Notes under the pieces: model-generated | Seen by the model: only the letters and a program-made list of their open reading frames with translations | The model's database searches: none | What the model was told of the DNA's origin: nothing | DNA from: Pseudomonadota bacterium | GTDB lineage: Bacteria; Pseudomonadota; Alphaproteobacteria; Sphingomonadales; Sphingomonadaceae | Assembly (NCBI GenBank): GCA_023458055.1 | Contig: JAEXAW010000084.1 | Coordinates: 140,468-204,467, forward strand | DNA: 64,000 bases | Direction: 5' to 3' | Translations under genes and position numbers: made by a program | Part shown: positions 1 to 8,334 of the stretch, piece after piece | Layout of the letters: the number at the start of each line of letters is the position of its first letter | Numbering within the stretch: the stretch's first letter is position 1

Positions 1-132
1 GTGCATTGCGGCGCGCGAGTGGGAGGATGAACAAAGACGATTTCGGTTTAGTGTTGCGGTAGCTTTGCCGGTGATCGGGCGTGTCGTGCTGTATCAAGGA
101 TGGTTGGAGCAGAGCTAAAACACGAATCCACG

Positions 133-312
133 CCCTCTCCCCCTGTGGGAGAGGGTTGTGTAGCGTTAGCGAGGAACGAGCTTACGCGGAGCTGGATGAG
201 GGGTTGCGGTCGCGTTGCGACCGCGCGAGCCTTAAGGCTCGCACCCCTCTTCCAACTGCGCCTAACGCCTTTGGCGCAAGGCTTCGTATCCTTCTCCCAC
301 AAGGGGAGAAGG
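133..312. repeat. REP/MITE-like element, family B (two terminal C-rich/G-rich hairpins bracketing about 135 bp)
   Basis: Hairpins CCCTCTCCC-cctgt-GGGAGAGGG (133-155) and CCTTCTCCC-acaa-GGGGAGAAGG (290-312), with further short hairpins between them (e.g. GGTCGC-gtt-GCGACC). Same architecture as 7239-7386, 12187-12335 and 10961-11062. Confidence 0.6.
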
Positions 313-323
313 CTTTATGCAAC

Positions 324-350
324 AAAAAAGGGGCCGGAAAAACCGACCCC
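324..350 (-). terminator. Rho-independent terminator of rplM-rpsI
   Basis: On the minus strand the stem GGGGTCGG-ttttt-CCGGCCCC is followed by TTTTTT, about 30 nt after the rpsI stop. Confidence 0.75.
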
Positions 351-380
351 TCCTTTGGTTGATAGCAATCCAGCGGAAAC

Positions 381-872
381 TTAGCGCTTCGAGAACTGGA
401 AGCTGCGGCGGGCTTTGGCCTTGCCGTATTTCTTACGCTCGACCGCGCGGCTGTCGCGGGTGAGGAAGCCTTCGCGCTTGACCGTGGTGCGCAGCGCCGG
501 TTCATATTTGGTCAGCGCCTGCGAAATGCCGTGCTTGACCGCGCCAGCCTGGCCCGAAAGGCCGCCGCCCTTGACGGTGCAAACAACGTCATACTGGCCT
601 TCACGTTCGGTGACGGTGAAAGGCTGATTGATGACGAGGCGGAGCGTCGGACGCGCGAAATAGACTTCCTGATCGCGGCCATTGACCGTGATCTTGCCGG
701 TGCCGGGCTTGACCCATACGCGGGCGACGGCGTCCTTACGACGACCGGTCGCATAAGCGCGGCCAAGCTTGTCCAGTTCCTGCTCGCGCAAGGGCGCGGC
801 GGGCTGGGCCGGGGTTTCAGCGATAATTTCGGTGCCTTCGGTGAGGTCTTTGAGATCTGCGAGGTCAGACAT
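381..872 (-). CDS. rpsI: 30S ribosomal protein S9
   Basis: 163 aa with the typical S9 sequence ([24 protein letters not shown] ... [11 protein letters not shown]). The start overlaps the rplM stop by 1 nt (TAATG). Confidence 0.97.
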   Translation of the reverse strand: MSDLADLKDLTEGTEIIAETPAQPAAPLREQELDKLGRAYATGRRKDAVARVWVKPGTGKITVNGRDQEVYFARPTLRLVINQPFTVTEREGQYDVVCTVKGGGLSGQAGAVKHGISQALTKYEPALRTTVKREGFLTRDSRAVERKKYGKAKARRSFQFSKR

Positions 873-1351
873 TATGCACTCACCTTATTCTTGCGGTTCA
901 TCGAGGCGACGTCGAGGACTTCAGCCTTCTGGGCGTCATGCGGATGTTCGGTGCCCGCATAGATACGCAGATTCTTCATCTGCTGGCGGCCGAGCGGGCC
1001 ACGCGGAATCATGCGTTCCACGGCCTTTTCAAGCACGCGCTCCGGAAAACGGCCTTCGAGGATCTTCGCCGGCGTGGTTTCCTTGATGCCGCCGATATAA
1101 CCGGTGTGCTTGTAGTAAACCTTGTTATTGAGCTTCTTGCCGGTGAAGGCCACCTTGCCCGCATTGATGACAATGACATTGTCACCGCAATCGACATGGG
1201 GGGTAAAGCTCGGCTTGTGCTTGCCGCGCAGGATGCTGGCGATGATGGTCGCAACGCGGCCAACGACGAGACCTTCCGCGTCGATCATCACCCATTTCTT
1301 TTCGACCTCAGCCGGCTTCACCGACTTGGTCTGTTTCATGAGCGCCTTCAT
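872..1351 (-). CDS. rplM: 50S ribosomal protein L13
   Basis: 159 aa with the L13 sequence ([17 protein letters not shown] ... [13 protein letters not shown]). RBS AGGAG lies upstream. Confidence 0.97.
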   Translation of the reverse strand: MKALMKQTKSVKPAEVEKKWVMIDAEGLVVGRVATIIASILRGKHKPSFTPHVDCGDNVIVINAGKVAFTGKKLNNKVYYKHTGYIGGIKETTPAKILEGRFPERVLEKAVERMIPRGPLGRQQMKNLRIYAGTEHPHDAQKAEVLDVASMNRKNKVSA

Positions 1352-1514
1352 GGGCGTGAACTCCTGTTAAAAATAAAAACACGGCGAAACAGCCCCGAGG
1401 CCATTTCCACCGCGAATGGAGGCGCTAATGACGGGGAATGAGTCAAAAGTCAAGGGAATGAGCGGGTGTTAAAACGGGTATTATGATACCTCGAGCAATA
1501 GTGCTTATAGTTTT

Positions 1515-1619
1515 CCCGTAGCCCTGAGCCTTGAGCCCTGTCGAAAGGTTGAAGGGCGCTTATCCGGATAAACGTGCTTCGACAAGCTCAGCACTACGGA
1601 GATGGGAAGATCGTAGTGC
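1515..1619. repeat. REP-like palindromic element (family F)
   Basis: Inverted arms CCCGTAGCCCTGAGC (1515-1529) and GCTCAGCACTACGG (1586-1599). Contains an internal perfect 12-nt palindrome TTATCCGGATAA (1560-1571) and an adjacent 8-bp hairpin GCACTACG...CGTAGTGC (1591-1619). Confidence 0.5.
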
Positions 1620-1637
1620 GGGCACCGGCCCACACAC

Positions 1638-1668
1638 AAAAGCCCCTCCGCATTGCTGCGGATGGGGC
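1638..1668 (-). terminator. Rho-independent terminator (minus strand)
   Basis: Minus-strand RNA reads GCCCCAUCCGCA-GCAA-UGCGGAGGGGC followed by UUUUGUGUGUG. On the + strand no T-run follows the stem directly. Confidence 0.7.
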
Positions 1669-2030
1669 CTTGCTCGTTTTACGAACGATAAGGGGTCACG
1701 GTCGGTGCGTCTTGCCGCTGGCGTTCGCCGGGGGCTGACGCTATGTCAGCTTTGTGGTGAAACCGTCCTGTCGCTGGCGCGACGTTCGGGTTTCGGAGGG
1801 TGCCGTCAAGGCCCGTGGCATGCTGGGCCGGTCATAATCGGAAAAAGGTTTGAGTGTCCTTTCCATGACCGGTCCGGCGGCCTGCCAAGGCCGGGACGGG
1901 CGCGTGAGCTCGAAAGACGAACTTCGCACCGACCGCTCTGATATCCGGATCGCTGGGAACGAAAGTGCAACCCGGTTCAGACCTTGCTCCCTCGAAACAC
2001 CTCGCGACCGCGCTCCTCGAAAGCGGCACC
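1638..2030 (-). ncRNA. Candidate unclassified structured non-coding transcript (promoter-to-terminator unit without a credible ORF)
   Basis: The minus strand has a -35 TTGACA (2059-2054) and a strong terminator at 1638-1668. The interior has host-like GC and many stems, e.g. an extended hairpin at 1828-1872 (CCGGTCAT...ATGACCGG enclosing GGAAAAAGG/CCTTTCC). The only ORFs are 66 aa or shorter, have no SD, and their starts lie inside the putative promoter. Confidence 0.3.
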
Positions 2031-2072
2031 ATGAATAACCAAATTGGTTATCTTGTCAAGAGGAAATTTCCT
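2031..2072 (-). promoter_or_regulatory. Candidate promoter with two perfect palindromes (operator-like)
   Basis: -35 TTGACA (2059-2054). A 17-nt perfect palindrome ATAACCAAATTGGTTAT (2035-2051) covers the spacer and -10 region (weak -10, TATTCA or ATTCAT). A 12-nt perfect palindrome AGGAAATTTCCT (2061-2072) lies just upstream of the -35. Confidence 0.35.
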
Positions 2073-2171
2073 TTAATCCTTTTGGTGGGGGTATAGAAAT
2101 GTCCAAACGGTCATTTGAGCGGGTGCGCGTAGCAGTGTGATTGACGGGGTTGTCGGGCAGACAATAGCGGC

Positions 2172-2405
2172 TCAGCGGGCATTGGCCTCTTCGCGGTCGA
2201 ATTTATAATCCGGCGGCAGGGGCTTGGCGAATTTACGAATCCGCTCAATTGCGGCCTTACGCATATTTTCGTCGACGATGACCCCATATTCCGCCTCGGT
2301 CAGACGGCGCAGGCTGATATCATCGCCCTCCTTGATCCCCAAGGCTTGGGCGACATCGGCGGGGATGCGGATAGCGAGGCTATTGCCCCATTTGGCAACT
2401 TTCAT
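2172..2405 (-). CDS. AbrB/MazE/SpoVT-family antitoxin-like DNA-binding protein (VapB-like), with no adjacent toxin ORF
   Basis: 77 aa. The N-terminus MKVAKWGNSLAIRIPADVAQALGIKEGDD is the classic SpoVT-AbrB swapped-hairpin motif of type II antitoxins. Confidence 0.85.
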   Translation of the reverse strand: MKVAKWGNSLAIRIPADVAQALGIKEGDDISLRRLTEAEYGVIVDENMRKAAIERIRKFAKPLPPDYKFDREEANAR

Positions 2406-2437
2406 GGGCGCAACTCCATGAAGGCAAGATCAAATTA

Positions 2438-2938
2438 TTAATAGTCAGACCAAGCGGTCCGCTGGCGCGGAATGGACACAATCGGATCGCCAAACTTCGC
2501 CAGTAAAAAATCAGTCTTACAGGTGGGGCAATTAACCTTTTCTCCGCCACGGCCTTTTGAGATTGTATTCAAAATCGACTTGTGACCATCTTGAAAACAC
2601 TTTGCACACAACCGATGCAAAGGCTCGCCATCCGCAACCTCTGGTATTAAATCATATGTATACGCCCCCAACGGCGATTGTGTGAGCTGATACCTAGATT
2701 TCTGCTGATCCCAGTCGGAGTTACGATCCAAATCAGACTGCAGTTTTTTATTCTCGTTGAGCAATTCAGATATGCGCTCCCTATCGTCAAACGCACTGGC
2801 TTGCGCATCCAACAAGGCGCGCTGAATATCGATCAAAGCGCGGTTGATTTCTGTTTCACTTTTAAGTGCGCTAACTCCCTTGGCGATTTCCAAGGCCGCT
2901 TTGATGCTACCAATCGCGCCCGCTGCTTCTGCGTACAT
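2438..2938 (-). CDS. Hypothetical protein with N-terminal coiled-coil and C-terminal CxxC-X22-CxxC zinc ribbon
   Basis: 166 aa. The ATG directly abuts the dxs stop (TAA-ATG). Zinc-ribbon motif CAKCFQDGHKSILNTISKGRGGEKVNCPTC. Clearly AT-richer than its neighbours (about 44-50% GC in hand-counted 110-nt samples). Confidence 0.6.
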   Translation of the reverse strand: MYAEAAGAIGSIKAALEIAKGVSALKSETEINRALIDIQRALLDAQASAFDDRERISELLNENKKLQSDLDRNSDWDQQKSRYQLTQSPLGAYTYDLIPEVADGEPLHRLCAKCFQDGHKSILNTISKGRGGEKVNCPTCKTDFLLAKFGDPIVSIPRQRTAWSDY

Positions 2939-4864
2939 TTAAGCCGCCCCTTCGCCTACAACGCCCACACTATTATGCCGCAGCGCCTTCAGCACCGTTT
3001 CGACGATGTGCGGGGCGTTCAAACCGGCTTCGTCATATTGTTTTTGCGGGCTATCCTGATCCTGGAAGATGTCGGGGAGGCGCATGGTGCGCAGCTTTAA
3101 CCCGGCGTCGATCAGGCCTTCGTCGCTGGCCATCGTGAGCACATGCGCGCCCAAACCGCCGACGGCATTTTCTTCGATGGTGACGCAAACCTCGTGGCTC
3201 GTCAGCAGCTTGCGGATGAGCGCTTCGTCGAGGGGCTTTGCAAAACGCAGGTCGGCGACCGTGGTCGAAAGCCCCTTGGCGTCGAGTTCATCCGCCGCCT
3301 TCAATGCTTCTTCCAATCGCGTGCCGAGCGAGAGGATCGCGACGGTTTTGCCTTCGCGCACGATCCGGCCCTTGCCGATTTCGAGCTGCTCCGGCACCTC
3401 GGGCAAAGGCACGCCCACGCCCGCGCCGCGCGGATAGCGAAGCGCAATCGGGCCGCTGTCATGCAGTGCCGCAGTATAGGTCATGTGCACCAGTTCGGCT
3501 TCGTCCGCTGCGGCCATCACCACCATGTTGGGGAGCGTTGCGAGATAGGTGATGTCGAACGATCCGGCATGGGTCGCGCCGTCCGCGCCGACGAGGCCAG
3601 CGCGGTCAATCGCAAAGCGCACCGGGAGATTCTGGATCGCCACATCATGCACCACCTGGTCATAAGCGCGCTGGAGGAAGGTCGAGTAAATCGCGCAGAA
3701 AGGCCGCATGCCTTGGGCGGCAAGCCCCGCGGCAAAGGTCACCGCATGTTGTTCGGCAATGCCGACATCAAACGCGCGGCTCGGGTGCGCCTGCGCGAAT
3801 TTATCAACGCCCGTGCCCGAAGGCATGGCGGCGGTGATCGCGACGATGCGCTCGTCGGTGTCCGCCAGTTTCGCCAGCGTTTCGCCGAACACATTCTGGT
3901 AGCTTGGCGGGCCAGCGGGCCCCTTGGCCTGTTCGCCCGTCACCACATCGAATTTCTGGACGCCATGATATTTGTCCGCCGACGCTTCGGCGGGCGCATA
4001 GCCCTTGCCCTTTTGCGTGACGACATGGATGAGGCACGGGCCGTTCGCCGCATCGCGCACATTTTCGAGCACCGGAATGAGGTGGTCGAGATTATGCCCG
4101 TCAATCGGCCCGACATAATAAAAGCCAAGTTCTTCGAATAACGTGCCGCCCATCGCCATGCCGCGCGCAAATTCGTCGGTCTTGCGGGCCGCAGCGTGAA
4201 GCGGCGGCGGGAGCAGGCGCGACAATTTCTTGGCGACTTCGCGCAGTTCAAGGAATGGCCGCGACGACACCAGCCGCGCAAGATAAGCCGACAGACCGCC
4301 CACCGGCGGCGCAATCGACATATCATTGTCGTTCAAGATCACCACCAGCCGGTTGCCCGCCGCTTCGGCATTGTTCATCGCCTCATAGGCCATGCCGGCG
4401 GACATCGAGCCATCGCCGATCACCGCAATCGCCTTGCCCGGTTTATCGGCAATCTTGTTGGCGATCGCAAAGCCGAGCGCCGCGGAAATCGAGGTCGAAC
4501 TATGCGCTGCGCCGAACGGGTCATATTCGCTTTCGCTGCGCTTGGTGAAGCCGGAAAGGCCCCCGCCCTGCCTCAGCGTGCGGATGCGGTCCCGCCTGCC
4601 GGTGAGGATTTTATGCGGATAGCATTGATGCCCGACGTCCCAGATCAGCCGGTCGTCGGGCGTGTTGAACACATAATGGATCGCGGTCGTGAGTTCGACC
4701 ACGCCGAGGCCGGAACCCAGATGCCCACCGGTCGTCCCCACCGCCGAGATCGTCTCGGCGCGCAGTTCATCGGCGAGCTGCTTCAACTGCTCGGGCGCGA
4801 GCTTGCGCAGATCGGCGGGAAGCTTGATCGTATCAAGCAAGGGGGTTTCGGGCGAAAGGCTCAT
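2939..4864 (-). CDS. dxs: 1-deoxy-D-xylulose-5-phosphate synthase
   Basis: 641 aa. TPP-binding motifs [15 protein letters not shown] and [13 protein letters not shown], with full-length similarity to Dxs. Confidence 0.97.
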   Translation of the reverse strand: MSLSPETPLLDTIKLPADLRKLAPEQLKQLADELRAETISAVGTTGGHLGSGLGVVELTTAIHYVFNTPDDRLIWDVGHQCYPHKILTGRRDRIRTLRQGGGLSGFTKRSESEYDPFGAAHSSTSISAALGFAIANKIADKPGKAIAVIGDGSMSAGMAYEAMNNAEAAGNRLVVILNDNDMSIAPPVGGLSAYLARLVSSRPFLELREVAKKLSRLLPPPLHAAARKTDEFARGMAMGGTLFEELGFYYVGPIDGHNLDHLIPVLENVRDAANGPCLIHVVTQKGKGYAPAEASADKYHGVQKFDVVTGEQAKGPAGPPSYQNVFGETLAKLADTDERIVAITAAMPSGTGVDKFAQAHPSRAFDVGIAEQHAVTFAAGLAAQGMRPFCAIYSTFLQRAYDQVVHDVAIQNLPVRFAIDRAGLVGADGATHAGSFDITYLATLPNMVVMAAADEAELVHMTYTAALHDSGPIALRYPRGAGVGVPLPEVPEQLEIGKGRIVREGKTVAILSLGTRLEEALKAADELDAKGLSTTVADLRFAKPLDEALIRKLLTSHEVCVTIEENAVGGLGAHVLTMASDEGLIDAGLKLRTMRLPDIFQDQDSPQKQYDEAGLNAPHIVETVLKALRHNSVGVVGEGAA

Positions 4865-4932
4865 GCAGATGACAGTCCGGTTACACTGGCAACCGCCTTA
4901 GTCATTTTGCGGGCGGTTGTCGAAAGGAGTTT

Positions 4933-5415
4933 CTATCCACAATCGGGGCACTTGCCGCGCACCTCGATGACCGGATGGTCGACCGCAAAGCCGGTTTTGC
5001 CCGCGACGCTGCGCACCGACTGGGTGAGGCGGTCATCGTCAATATGCGTTGCGCTCCCGCAATTATCGCAGATGAGGAAGATGCAGTCATGGAGGCAGCC
5101 GGGATGTTCATTGGCGATGAAGGCATTGGCGCTTTCGACGCGGCGCACGAGGTTGGTCGCGACGAACAGGTCGAGGATGCGGTAAACGCTGTTGGGCGCG
5201 ACCCGCTTGCCGCGCTTTTGCGAAACGATATCGGCAATATCATAAGCCGAGGACGGTTTTTCGAGGCCGGAGAGCGCGTCGAACACATCGGCGCGCATCA
5301 CGGTCCATTGCTCGCCCGCCGCCTCAAGCGTTTCGCGCGCGGCGTCAGCGAGGTGCTTGCCGTCGGGATGATGATAATGATCGTCGTGATGGACGTGGGA
5401 ATGCACTTGGGTCAT
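4933..5415 (-). CDS. zur: Fur-family transcriptional regulator, probably Zur
   Basis: 160 aa. His-rich N-terminus (HSHVHHDDHYHHPDG), a Fur-type winged helix, and CxxC pairs (CDNC, CPDC). Confidence 0.75.
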   Translation of the reverse strand: MTQVHSHVHHDDHYHHPDGKHLADAARETLEAAGEQWTVMRADVFDALSGLEKPSSAYDIADIVSQKRGKRVAPNSVYRILDLFVATNLVRRVESANAFIANEHPGCLHDCIFLICDNCGSATHIDDDRLTQSVRSVAGKTGFAVDHPVIEVRGKCPDCG

Positions 5416-5486
5416 GGTTGATAATGTAGCTCTTTACACCGCTTGCGGCAAGGGCAAGCGGCGTGTTGGATGCCAAGCGGGCGGGG

Positions 5487-5993
5487 CTAACGCAGGCGGC
5501 TGGAAGCGCGGATATTAAGATCGTGCCCCAGCGCCAACAACGCAACGCCGACCATCGTATAGACCATTTCGCTGCTCCCATGCGGCAGCGACAGCGATCC
5601 CGCCATGATGCCAAGCCCCAAGCCGCCAAAAGCTGCGGGCTGGAGATAGCCATGTTCGACAATCCCCTTCCACAGCGCGAGCCCGCCAAAGCCGAGCGCG
5701 ACGATGAGGCCATATTCGTGGATATGCGGATCAACCAGCCAGCCGCCCGCCGCCGACAGCAAGGTGACCATGATTGTCGTCGCGACGCAGTGAATGAGGC
5801 AGAGGCCCGACAAGGTCATGCCGAGACGGTCGAACAATCCCTTGGGCGCATCCGAATCGGTCAGGCGCGACAACGCAGCACTTCCCTTCCGGAAGACCGG
5901 ATAAGCAGGGGCTGCGACCGCGCGCATCATCATATTGGATCTGGTTTGCGTCATTGCTCGCCATGATATGACATATCGGGTGGCAAGATACAA
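5487..5993 (-). CDS. MerC-like membrane protein (start uncertain, possibly at an internal Met)
   Basis: Four predicted TM segments and an LSGLCLIHCV motif typical of MerC-domain proteins. Lies upstream of zur on the same strand. Confidence 0.6.
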   Translation of the reverse strand: MYLATRYVISWRAMTQTRSNMMMRAVAAPAYPVFRKGSAALSRLTDSDAPKGLFDRLGMTLSGLCLIHCVATTIMVTLLSAAGGWLVDPHIHEYGLIVALGFGGLALWKGIVEHGYLQPAAFGGLGLGIMAGSLSLPHGSSEMVYTMVGVALLALGHDLNIRASSRLR

Positions 5994-6044
5994 TATATCA
6001 TGAGAGTAAATTTCTAGCGGTGTCCCTGCGTGCTGCTCTGTGTG

Positions 6045-6175
6045 CTCCTGCGTAGGCAGGAGCCCAGAGCCACACAGCGCACCACAACACTGGGCCCCTG
6101 CCTGCGCAGGGGCACGGGACGGGTGTAAGGCTCGTCACTTCCGCGCAGGGGCACGGGGAGCTTGCGCCCTGCCCC
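6045..6175. repeat. REP-like hairpin cluster (family E)
   Basis: Hairpins CTCCTGC-gtag-GCAGGAG (6045-6062) and CCCCTGC-ctgc-GCAGGGG (6095-6112). A 15-nt direct repeat GCGCAGGGGCACGGG occurs at 6104-6118 and 6143-6157. This cluster explains the spurious N-terminal extension of the ctaA ORF. Confidence 0.55.
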
Positions 6176-6198
6176 GCTCCGGCCTAGGGGCACGCTTC

Positions 6199-7224
6199 AT
6201 GACCCAGCCCTATTCCAGCACCGCCCGCCCCGCCGCCATTGCCAACTGGCTGTGGACCATCGCGGCGATGGTGTTCCTGATCATCGTTGTCGGCGGCATC
6301 ACCCGGATCACCGAATCGGGCCTCTCGATCACCGAATGGAAACCGATTTCCGGCGCGCTCCCGCCGCTCACCGATGCCGACTGGCAGCATCAGTTCGCGC
6401 TCTACAAACAGACGAAGCAATATCAGACCGTCAACCAGCATATGACGCTCGGCGATTTCAAGTTCATCTTTTTCTGGGAATGGGTGCACCGGCTGATCGG
6501 GCGGCTGATCGGCGTCGTATTTGCGTTGCCGCTCCTGTGGTTTGCGTGGAAGCGGGCGATCCCCCAAGGCTATGGCCCGCGCCTTGTCTTCCTCCTGTTC
6601 CTGGGCGGATTGCAGGGCGCGATTGGCTGGTGGATGGTCAAATCCGGACTCGTCGGGCGTACCGAGGTCAGCCATTACCGGCTCGCGGTGCATTTGATGA
6701 ACGCATTTCTGATTCTCGCGGTCACGGTGTGGACCGCGCTCGACATGCGCAATCTCGCGCGCGGGCGGGCGGGCAAGACCATGCCCACCGGATTTGGCTG
6801 GCTCGCGCTCGGAATGCTTGGCGTGCAGCTGACCTGGGGGGCGTTTGTCGCAGGACTTCGTGCGGGGACCGCATCGGCAAGCTGGCCCAAAATGGGCGTG
6901 ACCTGGTATCCCGAAGGCGTAACCTATACCGCGCCCGCGTGGCGCAATATCATCGATAACCCCATCCTCGTCCATTTCTTCCACCGCTGGTGGGCGTGGG
7001 CCGTGGCGGTGGTGCTGGTGATGCTCGCGCTAAAAGCGATGCGGACGGGCCATCGCGGCGTCGCAATGGGCCTCAAACTCGCACTTGTCGCGCAAATCCT
7101 GCTCGGCATTTTCACCGTGCTGACCGGCGTCGATCTGTGGATTGCGGTCACGCACCAGGCGGTCGCGGCGATCCTCCTCATGTTCGCGGTGGCAAGCGCA
7201 CATGCGGTGGGGGAGCGCCGATAA
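6199..7224 (+). CDS. ctaA: Heme A synthase (COX15/CtaA)
   Basis: The N-terminus from Met54 of the ORF (MTQPYSS...WLWTIAAMVFLIIVVGGITRITESGLSITEWKP) is typical of COX15. Multiple TM segments with conserved His residues. Confidence 0.9.
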   Translation: MTQPYSSTARPAAIANWLWTIAAMVFLIIVVGGITRITESGLSITEWKPISGALPPLTDADWQHQFALYKQTKQYQTVNQHMTLGDFKFIFFWEWVHRLIGRLIGVVFALPLLWFAWKRAIPQGYGPRLVFLLFLGGLQGAIGWWMVKSGLVGRTEVSHYRLAVHLMNAFLILAVTVWTALDMRNLARGRAGKTMPTGFGWLALGMLGVQLTWGAFVAGLRAGTASASWPKMGVTWYPEGVTYTAPAWRNIIDNPILVHFFHRWWAWAVAVVLVMLALKAMRTGHRGVAMGLKLALVAQILLGIFTVLTGVDLWIAVTHQAVAAILLMFAVASAHAVGERR

Positions 7225-7238
7225 TTCAGGCCTGCGCT

Positions 7239-7386
7239 CCTCCCCGTGTTTCATGGGGAGGCAGCTATCCGCGCAGCGGATAGCGGAAAGGGCCTGTTTG
7301 GGAGGATGGCTACGAGCGGGATAATCACTGGCCCCTTCCGCCCATTCGCTGCGCTCATGGTTGCCTCCCCAAGCAAGCTTGGGAGG
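7239..7386. repeat. REP/MITE-like element, family B
   Basis: Terminal hairpins CCTCCCC-gtgtttcat-GGGGAGG (7239-7261) and CCTCCCCAAGC-aa-GCTTGGGAGG (7364-7386). Internal 9-bp hairpin GCTATCCGC-gca-GCGGATAGC (7264-7284). Confidence 0.6.
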
Positions 7387-7391
7387 ATCGC

Positions 7392-7823
7392 TTACCCCCG
7401 CCGCAACCGCGCGACCACGCTTACAAAAAACGCGGTTGACCAGCCGAGCAGCAGGAAGCCGTTGACGCCTTCAATCGCGCTCACAATGCGCCAGCCGGGG
7501 TGGAGAATATCGTCCGAATAGCCCACGGTCGAATAAGTGAAGGTCGAAAAATAGAGCGCTTCTTCGAAAGTATTGGTCGCGCCCGCGAAATGATAAAGCG
7601 CGGCATAGAGCCAGATATCGATCCCGTGGAGGGCGAACAGCGCAAGCACAATGGCCACCACCTTGGCCATGAGATAGGGCGTCAGATGCTCGTGATGTTC
7701 ATGGCTTACCTCGCCCAGATGGCGTTGCAGCAAACGCCCGAGAATCATCAGGCCATAGCCATGCGCGGTCACGGTCAGCACGACCATGAGTGTCGCTACC
7801 AAAAGCTGCGCGGCAAGGCTCAT
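7392..7823 (-). CDS. Small potassium-channel-family (Ion_trans_2) membrane protein
   Basis: 143 aa. Pore-helix/filter-like segment FSTFTYSTVGYSDD flanked by TM helices. Confidence 0.7.
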   Translation of the reverse strand: MSLAAQLLVATLMVVLTVTAHGYGLMILGRLLQRHLGEVSHEHHEHLTPYLMAKVVAIVLALFALHGIDIWLYAALYHFAGATNTFEEALYFSTFTYSTVGYSDDILHPGWRIVSAIEGVNGFLLLGWSTAFFVSVVARLRRG

Positions 7824-7844
7824 GTCGCGCTCAAGCCGGATTGC

Positions 7845-8261
7845 TTAGTTCTGCGGCGCGTCGGCAATCGCATATTGGCCCGCGCCTTGCGGAGCCGAAA
7901 GGATGTTGCGCACCACCGTGCCCTTGTCGACGCTGTTGGTCGCGGGATCGCCAACGGTCGAGCGGATCCCGGCATCGGCGCGCGCACCGCCGGCATCATT
8001 GATGAGCGAGGTTTCAGCGCCGCTGCGGGCAGCCGGACCGCCGAACAAGGCGCGCAGGGTCTGGTCGCCCGTGCTTTCCGAGCCGGGGCGCGGCGCGCCG
8101 GGCTGCGGCGGGGTGAGGCTGAAATCGGGGGGCACCACCAGCGGTGCCTGACGACCCACCGCAAATTCGTCCGGACGGTCGCGATTGAACAGGCCGCCAG
8201 CCGCACAGCCAGACAGGCCAACCGCCGCACCAACAGCAATGATCAGGGTCGATTTACGCAT
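7845..8261 (-). CDS. Lipoprotein (DUF3035-like)
   Basis: 138 aa. Signal peptide with lipobox (AAVGLSGC), followed by a Pro-rich low-complexity body. Confidence 0.6.
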   Translation of the reverse strand: MRKSTLIIAVGAAVGLSGCAAGGLFNRDRPDEFAVGRQAPLVVPPDFSLTPPQPGAPRPGSESTGDQTLRALFGGPAARSGAETSLINDAGGARADAGIRSTVGDPATNSVDKGTVVRNILSAPQGAGQYAIADAPQN

Positions 8262-8334
8262 TTTTTCGCCTTACTCCGTTCGAATGTGCCCGCTTGTGGC
8301 ACTGCTCGCCTGTCGGCAAGCTGAATTACTCGCG

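Noticed and set aside
1638-2030. Identification of the ORF-poor unit as RNase P RNA, tmRNA (including the two-piece alphaproteobacterial form), SRP RNA or a known riboswitch.
   Set aside because: I could not find GAGGAAAGUCCGGGC-type RNase P motifs, a tRNA-like T-arm/CCA end or an ANDN... tag reading frame. The SRP GGAAG/AGCA motifs and B12 or TPP boxes are also absent. It is left as an unclassified candidate rather than assigned.
2041-2171. Decayed vapC (PIN toxin) remnant immediately downstream of the AbrB-type gene.
   Set aside because: The only hint is a frame reading YCLPDNPV, which loosely resembles the PIN N-terminal YLLDTNVV. It is followed by stops within about 30 codons and has no further PIN acidic residues. 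Too weak to call.
3143-4141. Long antisense ORFs opposite real genes. Examples: 3143-4141 and 4196-5185 opposite dxs, 9033-10619 opposite ileS, 15452-16567 opposite purK, 40687-41919 opposite the TonB receptor, and 54838-56052 and 56075-57295 opposite the CoA genes, EF-hand gene and response regulator.
   Set aside because: These are typical stop-codon-poor antisense frames of a high-GC genome. The translated sequences are Arg/Ala/Gly/His-rich with no recognisable domains. The opposite-strand genes are unambiguous.
4933-4941. DnaA-box-like 9-mers (CTATCCACA at 4933-4941 and ATATCCACA near 39447) as a sign of oriC. A dif-like site was also looked for.
   Set aside because: These are isolated single near-matches inside or at the ends of genes. 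There is no cluster, no adjacent AT-rich unwinding element, and no dif-like XerCD palindrome.
5416-5486. Zur box in the spacer upstream of the zur-like gene (AATGTAGCTCTTTACAC).
   Set aside because: The dyad is only a 4-bp TGTA/TACA. That is far from the long AT-rich palindrome expected for Zur operators, so it could be chance.
6040-6198. N-terminal extensions proposed by the ORF track. Examples: ctaA from 6040, folA from 15605, metK from 30772, lnt from 32394, the LLM gene from 51930, the kinase from 57613, DoxX from 61654 and ggt from 42488.
   Set aside because: The extensions translate repeat elements or upstream genes and are Arg/Pro/Gly-rich. They precede internal Met codons that match conserved family N-termini and, where visible, RBS or coupled stop/start junctions.
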